A stretch of DNA of 64,000 nt from Camelus ferus (GCF_009834535.1 NC_045696.1:97528001-97592000), one strand, 5' to 3'. Counted from the stretch's first letter, positions 12,561 through 26,325 are shown. Translations and numbers: made by a program. The notes: generated from the sequence alone by a model not told the origin.

Positions 12561-14699
12561 AATATCTTTAAAATTTTTCCATTATTTAGATATCTGGTGC
12601 TTCTTTCTTATGTAATAAGCCAATAGATATTTACTGAGCACATACTGTGTGCAGATATGGGTATGGTGCTTATTAGCATAGTGGGTCCCCATAAAGTGCA
12701 CTACAGTTTGGAATATACTTTATTCCTTGTATTTAATTATTAGTCTGACTTAAAGTTCTAAGAAATCACTTCCCCAAGCAGAACAATAACAATTTAAGAG
12801 AGAAAAAGTTGCTGGGAATAAATTCAGTATATTCATCTATTCTCAGATTATTTCCACATTCCACTCCATGCTGGAAATACAGTCTCCCACCCCCTACCCT
12901 CCTTTCAAATGATCCTAAGATTGTAACCTTTCCAAACAGAGCTGGAGAGGTAGTAGACTGTTTTGATTTCAAAGGACTTTACAGGATGCAAAGTAAATGG
13001 AATTTGAGATATCAACAAAACTGTAATTAAGCAGATTAACTGTGTCAGTAGTGAATACAGAGATGTCAGAGGAGCTAGTTAGTAGCAAGTATTTAAACAC
13101 AGCCTCAGGTTCATTCTCAGTGGTATCACCAGCATCCACAAACAAACTTGAAAGGAAGTTTAGCCAGATAAACCCAGGAGAAATGATTCTCCTGGGAACA
13201 TCACATTCTAAATCATATATCTATTATTAATATCTTTATTTTAAATTTTGGCTTGGGTTCCTTGATTTTTATGAGTCCCTTAAGATCACAGAACCAGGGT
13301 TTAATTTTTAACATCTTTTCAGATCTCCAAAGAACAGGAGATGAACCCCCTCTTTTGATCAGAATAAAGGGAAGAAGAATTTAAAGTTATAAAATAAGCT
13401 AGGTTTACTTTATCCGTAGATGGCCATATATTTAAATGCAACAGCATCTGGTTTTTTTTTTTTTTTTCCATTGGCCAGGTTATAGATGCCTGCATTTTGT
13501 TTTAAGAAATCCAGCCAGAGACAGTCTCTCTTGATCCCTAATCACACTCATCTCCCCAGAGGGTGAGCCCCCTTCTCAGTTCATGGTCTGTCCAAATGCA
13601 TGTACAAACTTGTGGTTCAGCATTTTTTTTTTTTTTTTACATGTTGTACCTTAATGTCCTTTTCTTTTTTTTTTTTTTCACTTAAAAGTGTGTTTTTCCA
13701 CTACAGTAGTTAGAGATCTACCTTAATATATTCTTCCATCATCTGGCTATACTACAGTTTATTTACCCATTCTTCAAATAATGGGACTGTAATGTTATTT
13801 AAACCTCATCTGAAAGAACTGGTATCAATGAAATTCTTCATTTGAGTTTTTAAAAATCATTTTGAAGGGACATTTTTTTCATAATTACCCAAAGATAGAA
13901 GACTTCAGTCTAATTATTAAAAATACATTGCATTTTTATGATAGTTTAACCTCCTTTTCAATATGGGTGTGATGTCCCCAGCAGTCTTATGAGTACCCAC
14001 GGTGGCAGTAGGGTGGGATGTCGGAACCATGTGAAGGTGAGGGTGGGGCAGAGCCCTTTTCTGATTTCTGACCTTCCAGGGCTCTTCGGTTAAGATCATG
14101 GAGTGTGTTCCTTCCTCCTGGCAAGGATCCCTTCCCTCCTCTGTTGTCTCTGAGCTCTGCCCAGAGCTTTCTGGCCAGCATTGTCAGTTGAAAGTTTGGC
14201 CTCAGAGTCTTTGATTTAAGTGGTGAGGGGTCAGGCAGAGTGACAGGCAGTGTGACCAGGCCCGGAGGGGGTGCTACTAGGAAGCAGGGCGGGGAAGAGG
14301 CTCAGTGGTTCCTCGGAGGCCGTGCCTGGAAAGCGCATTCCCGGGTGGACAGGTGAGCCTTCTCTCGGGCTGTTTCAGCAGGAGCCCCGAGGCCTGTCTG
14401 CTTCAGGCTCCTGCATTGGCTTCTTCGGGCTGCTCCCTAAGCCTGTGGTTTAGCTGTTCCTTGTGCAGGGATCCAGGTAGAGGACAGTCATTGCTCTCTT
14501 CTGGTCAGTTTTCCCAGGGAGGCCCACCCTCAGGGGCATGTTTCATTCTTCCTAGAACTTTGCACCTAAAGGTGAATGAAGGGGGAAAAGTGAGTGAAAA
14601 AGGAAGCTTGATGGGAGATAATGAGGCTTTTCCGTGTTGCTGCTGTTGTATTCGGAAAGCAGGTCACCGAGATGTGAATACACATTTATCTGCATTTAT

Positions 14700-14910
14700 T
14701 TAACAAGTGGTAAGGAGCACTTACTCAGTGCCAGGCATTATTCGAAGCGCTATCCACATTTAACTCTCCCAACAACTGTTTGACAGAAACACAGTTTCTG
14801 TTCTGACTTTACTCAGGAAACTGAGGCACAGAGGACTGCGGTAGCTTGACAGCATCACACAGCTAGTAAGAATTTAAACCCAGGCAGTCTGGGCCCAAAG
14901 TCAGCACCCG
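14700..14910 (-). mobile_element. MIR SINE
   Basis: gagcacttactcagtgccaggca...aggaaactgaggcacagag...tcacacagctagtaag...aacccaggcagtctg. Confidence 0.85.
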
Positions 14911-14980
14911 GGTTGTTTCCCTGCTCCCTCCCACAAGTCTTGATGTAGTTGGATTTTATTGTTTTTCTCTTTTGTGATTT

Positions 14981-15051
14981 CCCTTCCTTCCTTCCTTCCT
15001 TCCTTCCTTCCTTCCTTCCTTCCTTCCTCCCTCCCTCCCTCCCTCCCTCTC
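14981..15051. repeat. (CCTT)n/(CCCT)n polypyrimidine microsatellite
   Basis: Directly visible. Confidence 0.95.
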
Positions 15052-15989
15052 CATTCCTGTCGCCCCTCCCCTTGGGTGGGTCTTGATACTTCACTTGTAG
15101 GTGATCACACACTGGCTCCAACCTCAGGCCTTTGCGTGCTGTCGCCAGGCTAGACATCTGTAAAGACGGCTCTCACCCTGTCACTTCCCACTTCAGAGCT
15201 CTCCCTGGCATCCTGTCCTGTCTGGGCTGTCCTGTTTACTCATTCTTCTAGCACAGTCCCCTAACACAGAAACTCTGTGTTCCCTACAAGGTAGGTGAAG
15301 GATGGCTTCCACACACATTCAGATCCCAGAATGGAGCATGTGGAGAAGCATTCATTCAGCTAGCCTAAAGGGCAGAGGTACATCTAGAAAGACTTACCCT
15401 GATTTCTCAGCATGTTTCCTAGAGCCAGTTTCAAGGTAAAGGCAGTTTGCACTGTAAAACTGAGTTGGAGCGAGTGCCTCCCCTTAGATATATAGGTATA
15501 TATATATATGGGACTGTCATGTTATTTAAACATCATATGAAAGGCCTCGTGTAAATTGAATACTTAACTGGCAGCACCTGTCTCCCTTCCCAGATGTGCC
15601 CTCACTTCTCTTCTCTGGGCCTCCATCCAGTTCACTCCTCCTGGGAAGCCCGTCTCAGGCCTCACCTCTTGCCCAAACTTCTCTGCTCCCATGGTCTTCA
15701 CCTTCTCCGAACCCAGTGCTGTTAGATAGACCCTCCTTGTTTTGGGCTGGAAAAAAACCAACTGCATTTAAACTCTTTAGGGGTGGGGATGGGGGTCTCC
15801 CATTATCCATGGCCTGGGCCTGAGCCAAAGACCCGGGGACGGTGAGCAAAGGGACCGGCAGGTGGGGCCCACTGGGACACGGATTCAGACCCTCCTACTG
15901 GGCTGGTTGCTAGGTCTCCTTGCCTTTAAAATGAACTTGAATGAGGTAATAGCTAAGGTCTTTTTTAATTTGCTTAACTGATGACACAA

Positions 15990-16462
15990 TTTTTTAGACA
16001 GCTTTATTGAGATGTAATTTATATGCCATACATTTCGCCCATTTAAAGTGTACAGTTCGGTGGTTTTCTGGCATATTCACAGGTAATGTGCAACCATCAC
16101 TACAATTAATATTAGAATAATTTCATCACCACAAAGATAATCCCTTACTAGTTAGGTAACTATTAGCTTTTACCCTCCCCTCCCCACCCCATAACCTCAT
16201 CTTCCCCAGCCTTAAGCAACCACTATTCTATGTCTGTATAGGTTTGCCTGTTCTGGACATTTCCTATAAATGGAATCATATATGCTCTTTTGTGACTGGT
16301 TTTTTTCACTTGGCTTAGTGTTTTCAGGGTTCCTCCATGTTGTGGCATATATCAGTACTTCATTCCTTTTTATGGCTTAATAATATTCCATTGTATTATA
16401 TACCACACTTGTTTATCATTCGTCTATGGATGGGCATTTGAGTTGTTTCCACCTTTTGGCTA
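15990..16462 (-). mobile_element. L1MB-like 3' end
   Basis: cagctttattgagatgtaatttatatgccatacatttcgcccatttaaagtgtacagttcggtgg...gttgtttccaccttttggcta is a classic antisense L1MB 3' UTR. Confidence 0.85.
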
Positions 16463-16639
16463 GTTACACTTATTGAGGGGAAAATGGGCTTTCCTGCTGT
16501 GGTATCTACAGTTGCCAACAGCGGTTTCCCTCTGCTGCTTTAAAAGTAGGAATCTGGGCCTGCTGGTTGTGTTTGTGGGGTGGGGATGGGCAGGGGGTTG
16601 GATATTTGGTCATCAGCAGTGGGGAGCAGTTGGAGGGAC

Positions 16640-16765
16640 GACTCGTGAGCTCTGTAGTCAGACATTCTGGTTTGAATCACAGCTCTGCCACTTAACGAGC
16701 TTGCATAACTTCAGCAAGCCTTGGCTTCCTCATTTGTAAGATGGAGACTACCCTGCCTGCTTCCT
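16640..16765 (+). mobile_element. MIR SINE
   Basis: ctggtttgaatcacagctctgccacttaacgagct...cttcctcatttgtaagatgga. Confidence 0.75.
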
Positions 16766-18518
16766 TACTGTCAGGGTCATGCTAGGAAGGGCATGGAGCC
16801 TGGGGCATCTCCATCAGAGCAGAGGGACCTCATTATGACTATAAAGATGATTGAGTCAATAAGTCAAAATGAAGGTTGTAAAAAGTAAGAGCTTAAAGTT
16901 GTCAAAGCATGGACCCCAGGGCCATCGTCCCAGTTGCAGTGGCCAGGGTGGACCTGCTGAGTCTCACTGGGACAATTAAATGTCTCCCCTTTCATGCATT
17001 AATGGTCTTTCTTGCTTTTGGGTCTGGCTTTGTACTCTGGCCACTACCCATCAGGCCATTTGAGAATGACTGGAGGGTGAGACCTTTCTTCCCTCTTTGA
17101 GAAGAAGATAGGGAATGAATCTGACTCTTTGTGGAGAAGGGCAAGGGAGGTGGAGTGCTTCCTTTGCAGGCTTTAGTCTCAAGAGTGTAGCTGATACCCT
17201 GAGCTTTTTTTTTTTTTAATGGTTATTAAACATCCAACAGCTCTTATATTTGTGGTTTGTATGTGAAGATTGAAATGCCTCTGTTGGTAAATAGAATAAG
17301 AGATGAAATGTTAATCCGGACTATACTTGGAGGGTGGTGTTCATAACAGTGTCACTGATTTGGCTACTATTGTTATTAAGAATCAAGGAACTCTACAATT
17401 TTGGATTTTAGGCAAGATCTGCTTCCACACCCAAAATACATTTTTTTTAATTGTTTAATGTAAGTAGGCTTTGGAAATATACAACTCTTACAGCAGCAGG
17501 TCTTTTGAGAAAATGGAAAGTAAGACACTGTCCTCATCAAATCTAGCATCTGCCCCTGTGAACTTGGTGGGAGGTTGAAAAATCGACTGTGGGGCTTTAG
17601 GAATCTTCCCTCCTCTCTTCTGTTCTGGCCCCAGGTGTGTGTGGACAGGTCTTGCCTGGTATCCTTCCCACTGGTCTGAACTGTGCACAGCAACTGGGAA
17701 TAGGCCAACATGTCCAGGCTGACATGACCAGATTTCGTGTGGGAGAGCTTGACAAAAGGAGATTTGTTTCTGGGGAACTGACACCCTTTTTTTTCTGTGA
17801 AGTCTGACCTTTCCATCATTAAATTGTGACTCTTTTCAGAATTAAATAGAGCTTAGAAAGGAGGAAGGATGGAGTAAAGGAAATGTAGTTTGCTGCCTCC
17901 AGATGCAAACTGTACAGAAACCAGTGGATGGGATGAGAATGGACACCATTTCTGGGGTGATGTCAGGGCGTGGTGGTCTATACCATGACTATGGAAAAGG
18001 AAGGGTCATTACCTTCAGCATCATGACTTTGCTTCCTGTTGTTTTTGGAGCTCAGGGCCCTGACTTACATGCAAACTCCTTCTGTTTGGCAGCCCAACAA
18101 GGGCAGAAGTGCTTGAGCATGTGACTGGGGCCTTACATGAAGTGACAGGCCTTGGCCCTGTGTCTCTTAACTCATGGTTGCCTGGAAAATACCATGAGCT
18201 GAGCAGGTCTGAGTTGGTCTAGAGATAGAGCAAGAAGAAATTCTTATCACCTGTCCTCAAATGGAAGTGTATCCTATCTGCAAGGTGACCAGAAAGGATT
18301 GTGGAGAGAGCAAATACCTCTGAATATTTTAGGTCTTCATCTTTGTCTATTAGTCTGAGATAAGTTGCTGATTTTCTTTTGTCCTGAGATTTTCTTTTAA
18401 AAATCTCTTCCTGTTCATTGCTAGGGCTAGAGGAAGAAGAAAGATAATTTATAATGATAATTTTTAAAATGTTTTAAGAAAGAAAGACCCACAGGAAATC
18501 TCATCACTGTAACTTCAC

Positions 18519-18522
<4 letters not shown>

Positions 18523-18560
<38 letters not shown>

Positions 18561-18691
18561 TTTAGTGGGGGGAGGTAATTAAGTTAATTTATTTAAATTT
18601 TAAATTTTTTTAATAGAGGTACTGGGGGATTGAACCTAGGACCTCATGCATACTAAGCACACGCTCTACTACTGAGCTATACCCTCACCCC
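18523..18691 (-). mobile_element. Vic-1 SINE with (CA)n in its tail
   Basis: gaggtactgggggattgaacctaggacctcatgcatactaagcacacgctctactactgagctataccctc; (TG)~18 at 18522-18558; degenerate TSD (acttcacatat / acttttcatat). Confidence 0.9.
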
Positions 18692-19859
18692 ATACTTTTC
18701 ATATTGTCATATGCTTTTACAATAAAAAATTCCAGAGTACAGGGGTTGGCTGTCTTGAAAGATTTTTAAAAAATTCTTCTAAGATGTGCTTTTCCCCAGT
18801 CTAAAACTCATAGGAGCTTTTGAGGCATTATTAGGGTCAGTTATATCTAAAACAAGAGACATTTTCTTTGTCACAGATGGTTGTAGTAAAGAAGGCTATC
18901 TTCATGCTTTGTTTCAGCTCTCACCAAGACTCTGGACAACAAGTTACTGATATTTGGGAAATAGGAGAGATAGACTATATTTTTTTTCAGATTCAGAAAT
19001 GACAGAGCATGGGAGTGAGGTTGGGGGAACCACAGGGTACAATGGAAAGAGTCTGGGAGGCCACAGTCAAGTCCTGGTTGGGGGTTCGCTTGGCCTAGTG
19101 GATTCCCTAACCTAAGAAATATTGAAGTAGTTCATAGATGGCTCCAGAGGTCCTTCTCTGTAAGAGCTTAAATACCCCCAGTAAATAGGTGGGAAGTACA
19201 AATATAAATATTTTTGTGAGCTGGAGGGACTGTGCTTTTAGATCAAAGGCAAATATTTTAGCTTGATTGAGAAAGGAGTGAGATTGTTTTTTAAAAGCAG
19301 TATTATTTACTTAAATAGGGAGGCTAACGTCTTTCCAGTCTTCAGTCTTGAACGTGCTGTAGGAGTCGGGGAAGCCTTATTTTGCTTTTACCCTTATGCT
19401 GCACAATTAGGAAAAAATGCTTTTCTTTTGATCTTTCCTTAAAATATTTGGCAGAGATTACTACTGGAAGAATGGCCTGTAAGATTTGTATCATCAGGTT
19501 AGAATTTTTCCATGTGCTAAAGCCTGAAATAGTTGGACTTGATCTAGGTAGTCATTTTTCCAAACCTCCAGAAGCTCATCTTGGATTTCCTGTTGGCAGG
19601 GATACCCACGCTCCATCATGTGGGAGAAAGAGACTTCCATGGGAAGAATTAGCTCATCGTAACAAACAATGGGCAATACCAAGGACCAGATAGTTTTAGT
19701 GGAAGCTACTTGTTAGACTAGTGTTTGTACGTTTGGGTTTCCCTTTTGCAACGCCTGCAACTCCACGTGCTCCACGCTGGGTTAGTAATGGGAGGGTTTT
19801 TTTTTGTTTTTTTAAATGCCTTTAGAATTTTTTTTTTTAAACCAATATGCCCTTAAAAA

Positions 19860-20263
19860 AAAAAGACCCTCACAGGCTACACTGTACAAAGGGGGAAGAC
19901 CCACCCTGGAGAGCTTTATAAATCTTATCAACGGATAAAAAGCCCTGTGGTTCCCTGGGCCATACAACATGGATACCCCTGGTTGGTTTAGTACAAATTT
20001 TGACCAGTTTGATTTTGGGATGCCCCCTGTAGCCACATCACACTCTCTTCAGTTGTCACCACCTTACCCCCCTTTCCTGGCTTCTCTGGTGTTTCCAAGG
20101 GGTACAGGGAAGTTCATGGTGTAAGGCAGCTGGCATGTCTTCCTTTCTCTCAGCTGCCTCACCTTTAGGTGAATAAAGGGTAGCTTTTTCCTATCAAAAT
20201 TTGTATTCCTCGTTGCATTTCACTGCTCAGCATAAATTCAGGGTTGATTTACCCCTCACGACA
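19860..20263 (+). mobile_element. Probable old LTR, family unassigned
   Basis: AATAAA at ~20172 followed by a U5-like stretch ending ...cccctcacgaca (terminal CA). The 5' boundary is uncertain. Confidence 0.35.
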
Positions 20264-20350
20264 CCTACATGATTGAAAATGGAGGCAGGTGTATCCTAGG
20301 ATGTTTGGCTTGTGGTTAGGAAAGAAGTGGGAATAGGTGATAGGTTAAAT

Positions 20351-20535
20351 GGGGCTGCCAGATAAAATACAGGTGTCCATTTACATTTGAGTTTCAGATA
20401 AACAATGCGTACATTTTTAGTATAAGTTTATCCCAGATATTTCCTAAGCATACTGTACTAAACAAATTGTTGTTTATCTGAAATCCAGATTTAACTGGGT
20501 ATCCTCGATTTTTATTTGCTAAATCTGGCAACTTT
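20351..20535. mobile_element. MER53 palindromic hAT MITE
   Basis: gggctgccagataaaatacagg...tttcagataaacaa...tttttagtataagt / actaaa...ttgtttatctgaaat...tttatttgctaaatctggcaac; self-complementary arms match the recalled MER53 consensus. Confidence 0.9.
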
Positions 20536-22194
20536 AAGTCCCTAAGATACTTGTCGAGTCTCATGTCACATTTTTTGTTAGCCTCTAGCTTAGCTGGCCT
20601 AAGATTTCTTTGCTTTGGAGAGGTGCTGGGGAGTGGCCCAGTGGGCAGGCTCTTACACTGGTGTGAACTAAGACAGGGCAGGGCCAGACGTAAATAAAGT
20701 ATTGGCTAAGCAGCTGCCTGGTGGCCTCAGGACAGAGTAGGTGTTCAACTACCTGTTCACCATGTGCCAAGCTTGGGCAACACCTTGTTTTTGATACTAT
20801 TCTTGGATGCACCCCTTTGTTCAGTGTGTTTCGTCACCCCATCTGAGCACACATTCAAACTCGGGCAACTTCCCCCCGATGCCCTTTTGTAGTCTTCACG
20901 GGCAAACGCCTGCACTGCCTTCGCTTGGAGTTTGGAAACAGACGAGTAGAAGTTCATCTCTAACCAATAATACTGAGTGTGCTTTTGGGTTTTTAATGCA
21001 AATTATTTAAATAAAGTAAAAAAATTTTTTTCATTTGTATATTAACCATGGCATCAGTTCATGTCAGTATTTTTAATTTTTTTACACACTGTATACATGT
21101 ATATATATAGTTGTGTACAAACATTCTCTTAAAATTCTGGCTCAAGCAAAAGTTGTTAGCTTTGTTTTGTATAGTGACTGATTTCAACTGAGTGGATTTT
21201 AGGGGAGGAGAAAACCCCGTGGGTACTGTGATCATGAGGCCTGAGGCATGCCTATCTGACATGGTGTGCCCCTCAGTGTTGCGTTACTGACTGTCTACTG
21301 GGTTTGGGGTGCCCTTTTGGAGCCTCTTATTAAGTAGTAAGTTCAGTAATGAATGTAAAGGATTGACAGAGAGGGATCAATTTATTTACAATTGTTTCGT
21401 ACTGAAATCTTGGCATGGACAATTCTCCTAATTGAAGACCTGCCTCTTGGACCTTGGTTTGACTCAGAATGCCATGTGTGATGTTTTTCTCCTTGGGCCC
21501 TGCAGGAAGACTCATTGTTCGTGAGTGAGTGACAATTACTTCGCAGCCATTACTATGTGGTTGCAGCACGTTCATCGCTACGAGTGATTTATGAGTGTCA
21601 CCTTGATCTGTGAGCTCAACCGGGCGTCAGACGTCTAGGAAGGGAGGGCCTTGATTGGTACTTAAATGGGAAACTCAGGATGCTGTGTGGAGGTGTGTTC
21701 GTGATTAAGGAGATGATGTTTAGTTTTGAGTCAGGGCTTTTAGTGCTGTGCTTAGAACAGCTCATGTCTTCCTTATGAGAAAACACTTGTTTGCATGTGG
21801 TCCTAATTTCTGCTTCATTAAAAACAAACAAAGTCACAATAACTCTTGCAGAAGGCAGCGATAAAAAAAAAAAAAAGGCAGAGTTATCTGTCTCACTAAC
21901 AGCCAGCTTTTCCTCAGAAGAGACTTTTATGAAGATTGAGTGATTATGATTTTTCTAATTTTCAGAAGAAACAGAAATGAGCCAGTTTCTTCTTAGCACA
22001 TACACTGGTACTTTAGAAAAATGCAGCTAACTGGATCTTGTGTGACCCATGCCTCCAAGGTGACAGATAACCCAGTTACCTGGAAGGGCTTAGATGGTAG
22101 AGGCTGGACCTTTTGGCTGTGAACATAGCACAGAATATAGTCTTGTCTCTGGCCTGTGAGTGAGAGTGGACCAGCCAGGGCCATTCCAGCTGAA

Positions 22195-22749
22195 AGTGAC
22201 AGCTGTGTGTGTGTGAGTGACAGCTGTGTGTGTGTGAGTGACCGCTGTGTGTGTGTGAGTGACCGCTGTGTGTGTGTGTGAGTGACAGCTGTGTGTGTGT
22301 GTGAGTGACCGCTGTGTGTGTGTGAGTGACCGCTGTGTGTGTGTGAGTGACCGCTGTGTGTGTGTGTTAGTGACCGCTGTGTGTGTGAGTGACTGCTGTG
22401 TGTGTGTGACAGCTGTGTGTGTGTGTGAGTGACAGCTGTGTGTGTGTGTGAGTGACCGCTGTGTGTGTGTGAGTGACCGCTGTGTGTGTGTGAGTGACAG
22501 CTGTGTGTGTGTGAGTGACAGCTGTGTGTGTGTGTGAGTGACAGCTGTGTGTGTGTGTGAGTGACCGCTGTGTGTGTGTGTGAGTGACCGCTCTGTGTGT
22601 GTGTGAGTGACCGCTGTGTGTGTGTGTGAGTGACCGCTGTGTGTGTGTGTGAGTGACCGCTGTGTGTGTGTGAGTGACCGCTGTGTGTGTGTGTGAGTGA
22701 CCGCTGTGTGTGTGTGTGAGTGACCACTGTGTGTGTGTGAGTGACAGCT
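22195..22749. repeat. Compound minisatellite, ~26 units of AGTGAC(C/A)GC(TG)n, mostly 21-23 bp
   Basis: Counted by eye: 26 GTGAC cores separated by variable-length TG tracts. Confidence 0.97.
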
Positions 22750-23659
22750 AGCGCTCACTAGCCGGTGCATGTCCCAAGTGAGGCCAAGGTTGGTGCCAGA
22801 TGCAGGGGCTACATCAGTATCATTTGGACTCCCATGTATTTCCTTGGCATCTCTTCTCCCCTTGGCCACATTATCTTCTCCAGTGGCAGGAGTGTGCGTG
22901 GCCTTAGGCAGATGTGGGCGTCATATATTCCGAGTAAACAATGTCAAAGGGATGAAAGGGCTTCCTTCTACCCCAGGCTCCAGTGTATGCTAGTATCTGC
23001 TCATTTGTTCTTTCCTGAGCTCAGCCGAGCAAGGCATTGGATCGGTCACCACCCAAGAACCACCTAGTTGGAATGGAAGTGGTGGTGGTGGTCGTGGTGG
23101 TGGGGTGGGAGCTTCTGTGGCCTGAAGACGGGAAGAGAAGCAGAGCAGATAATAACCACATACCTTCACTACGGTGGGAGACAAAGCTCCAAGCGTTGCC
23201 CCTGCGGGCTGACAGGAGTGATCGCACGCATACGTGGGAGAGAGCTTGGCATTGCCAGGCCTACAGAAGAGCAATGAGGAGATGCAGTTAAGCTCGATCA
23301 GCATGAATTGAGGTCACTCAGAGAGGACTGTGGAGTTTCAGCATTATACGCAACTTCTCCTCTGCCATGAGTTGTAGCCTCCAGCTTGTTCATCAGGATT
23401 TTACCTCTTTTCTCTATGCACACGTGGCAGATTAGTCCTGAAAGCAATAATATCGTTTCTACTTATACAGATCTATGCTTCCCTATAGAAATTATTATTT
23501 CTCTTCTGTTCATGTAAGAGGTCAGAACGAAGTTCATGCAAGTGGTGTTATTCAGTGGATACAGGCTTTAATTCATAAAAAAAGAAAGATCACGTTTTGC
23601 AAATGTAAATGATTTGGGATGCCTTTCATAGCTAATGGCATCATAGCATGACTTTAGAA

Positions 23660-23802
23660 TTTTTTTTTCTCTTTTTACATATATTTATTTTAATTTTAAT
23701 TATTATTTTTAATTTTTCCCTTAATGGAGACACTGGGGATTGAACCTAGGACCTCGTGCATGCTAAGCATGCGCTCTACCACTGAGCTATACTCTCATAC
23801 CC
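23660..23802 (-). mobile_element. Vic-1 SINE
   Basis: actggggattgaacctaggacctcgtgcatgctaagcatgcgctctaccactgagctatac is close to the family core; long T-rich tail; TSD not clear. Confidence 0.92.
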
Positions 23803-26069
23803 TTGGATCAAGTACATCAATTCTTTATTTTCTGTACTCTGTGGGAAAGTAGAATTTGGTAGTAAATACCAAATGATTGTTATTATTATGATGCATTATT
23901 CATATATTATATTATTGGTATACATTCATCATTTAATGTTCCTAGTAAATTTCCAGTTGATTGTATTTTCATGGTTTTTGAAAAATAAGTCTATTATTCA
24001 AATAATAATGACCTTGATGGAAAACTAGGGAAACTAGTAAAAGCAGTGTCATCCCAAATGTACTTCAGTTAACCTGGCTGCAACTGAAACATTGCTGTCT
24101 GGGAAACATCTCATGAGACAGGGCTAAAACAAGCCCCTTGCTGTTTTTGAGATAAACTATTTTATGTTCATGAAGAAATATCACCCTTCATGTCATCAGG
24201 TGGGGCTGGGGAGCAGGGTGTACAGCAGGTAGGGGCATTATTTTTGCAGGGGAAGGGTGTGGGGGATGGATTCACGATTTCTATCAAAGTATTTTTTAGG
24301 TAAAGGTGAGTGAGAGTTGAAAGACTAAAGATAAGGAAGGTGAAATGATAAAGCCATTTCGGGACCCAGAGCAAACCTCCTTCTAACACCAAAGGAAAAC
24401 CGCATACCAGTTTTGAAACTGTGCCAGCGACATGTTGAAATGATAGTAGAGGAATTCGAAGAGTTTAATGTTAGATCACTGGCCCGTCTTCCATGAGAAA
24501 CTTTTTGAGAACGCCTGCAGTGCGTAAGACAGACAACAGAACGTACGTAGTTCTTTAAAAATAGATCTGTAATGTAGTGAGGCGTAGGCACACAGGACGG
24601 CTCTGTCTTCTACTAAATTGAGTGTTTTACTTGAATTTCTTCCTCTCCTCTTTAGTTTTTGATTTTCTTCCTTTTTTCCCTTTCTATCATTTTTAGCAAA
24701 AGATTGCCCATGAAAGGAGTTGCACCTGGTGACTTTGGTTAACACATCAAGAGAGCTGGAAAATCTGGTTGCTAGTCTCCAAATAGTCATGGCCACGGAA
24801 ACAAACAACAGGCTACTGTGGCGCAGTGGTCTCCTTCTCTGTGGGACCTTATTTCTTACAGCACTTGCTACCAGCATTAGTCACTTCTGTTTGGGCACTG
24901 TGGTTTTCTGCTTCCTTCCAATAACATTACTTGAGTTTTTTTTTAAAAAAGAAAAAAATCACAGAAATAGAGTTTCACAAAGACTGCTGTGATTAGCATG
25001 ACCGTCTGGAATTTTAAAAAGTAGACAGGGAAGAAGCAAATTTAAGAAGCTTGCAAAGTTTAAAAGCAAGGACTGTTTCTTCATAAGCGAGGCCTTGGAG
25101 CTGTTGGGTTCTCTGTTGGAGCTGTTTTTTGCTCTTTCCAATGCCATATTTAGCATACCTCCGAACAGTTCACGTGAGGCAAAAGCCAAGGTAGAGAAGC
25201 GCATCATCTGGTGCCATTTTCAGGACCATAAAGTAAGAATGGCAGCACATTTGTTTTTAGGGATCTGTGGTTCATTCAGCAAATTTAATCCCAGTGCAGA
25301 ATTGTTCCTACTGAGGGTGACATGGATTCTTCCACATTTCTGCATTCTCTCCACTTGCGTCATTTTGAGCAAATAGAGTCTTTGGAATGCACTGTAGTCA
25401 AAGAGCTTGAGATTCTTATGTAAAGGGTGTTGTGTGTAGTCTCCGCAGCCTGGAGATATAGTTCATTCTTGGATGCATGCGGGGCAGACCTAGTGGTAAC
25501 TTTTTGCAGTGAAAATGCTGTTGGTGGACTTGGACAGATTGGATTTGAGCTGGATTTTGAGGTGTAGATAGATGGGATGTAGACAGAAATGATTTACACA
25601 TTTGTTTCAGCTCCGATAGAAACATGCTCTATTTTGTTAAGTAGGTAAGTTACTCTATGTTGTTTAAAAGAAGTCTTTTACAAAGGTAGACATGTGTGGG
25701 GTGTGCAGGAAGGGTGAAAGGGAAATGATATTCAGTTGCATGAGATCCACCACCCCAGAGGGTCTTCCTTAAGCACTTAGAACTGAACTTGAAGACAGCT
25801 GATCCCTGAATGCTCTCCTTCATCCAGACTTGCCAGTCTAGCTGAGCTCTGTGATCAGACTTACTATCATCTTGGAAGGTGAGTTCTGTTGCTTCAACTT
25901 AACCAAATAAGTTCAAAGGAGATCCAGTTACACCCTTGGGTCTCCTGGCACTGAAGTTAGGATGTCCACACATGACCTTGAGCCTGTTTATGCTCCACAT
26001 GCCCCGCTTCCATTTGTGAGGCCTTATTTAAAACAGAAAGAAGCCCGGGTTTACCCTAAACCCTCTAGA

Positions 26070-26325
26070 GGAGGTGGCCTAGCGCAGTGCTTGAGAATAC
26101 AAGTTCTAGAGTCAGAATGTTCTAGAGTCAGAATGTTGGCATTCAGTTCTCAACCGTGCTTCTCAGGAACGGTTTGACCCTGGGTGAGTTACATAATTTC
26201 TCTGTGTCTCAGTTTCTTCATCTCTAAGCAGAGATGATAACAAAAGCACCTATTGAGCAAGGCTGTTTCCTTTCTCCAGGATTAAGAGAGTCAGTCTATG
26301 TAAAGTACTTAGGTAAGTGCTCAAG
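26070..26325 (+). mobile_element. MIR SINE with internal 16-bp tandem duplication
   Basis: gaccctgggtgagttacataatttctctgtgtctcagtttcttcatct; gttctagagtcagaat occurs twice at 26103-26134. Confidence 0.85.

Noticed and set aside
22195..22749. CRISPR-like repeat/spacer periodicity
   Set aside because: The spacers are only TG tracts, not unique sequence. The DNA is mammalian and there are no cas genes.
21993..22869. 244-aa and 259-aa His/Thr-rich ORFs
   Set aside because: They are translations of the (CA)n-based minisatellite, which lacks stop codons in those frames; there is no gene context.
24336..24496. Protein-looking + frame (…KENRIPVLKLCQRHVEMIVEEFEEFNVRSLARLP*)
   Set aside because: About 50 codons bounded by stops, weak acceptor, no family recognised. 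A tBLASTn/BLASTX hit would be needed to revive it.
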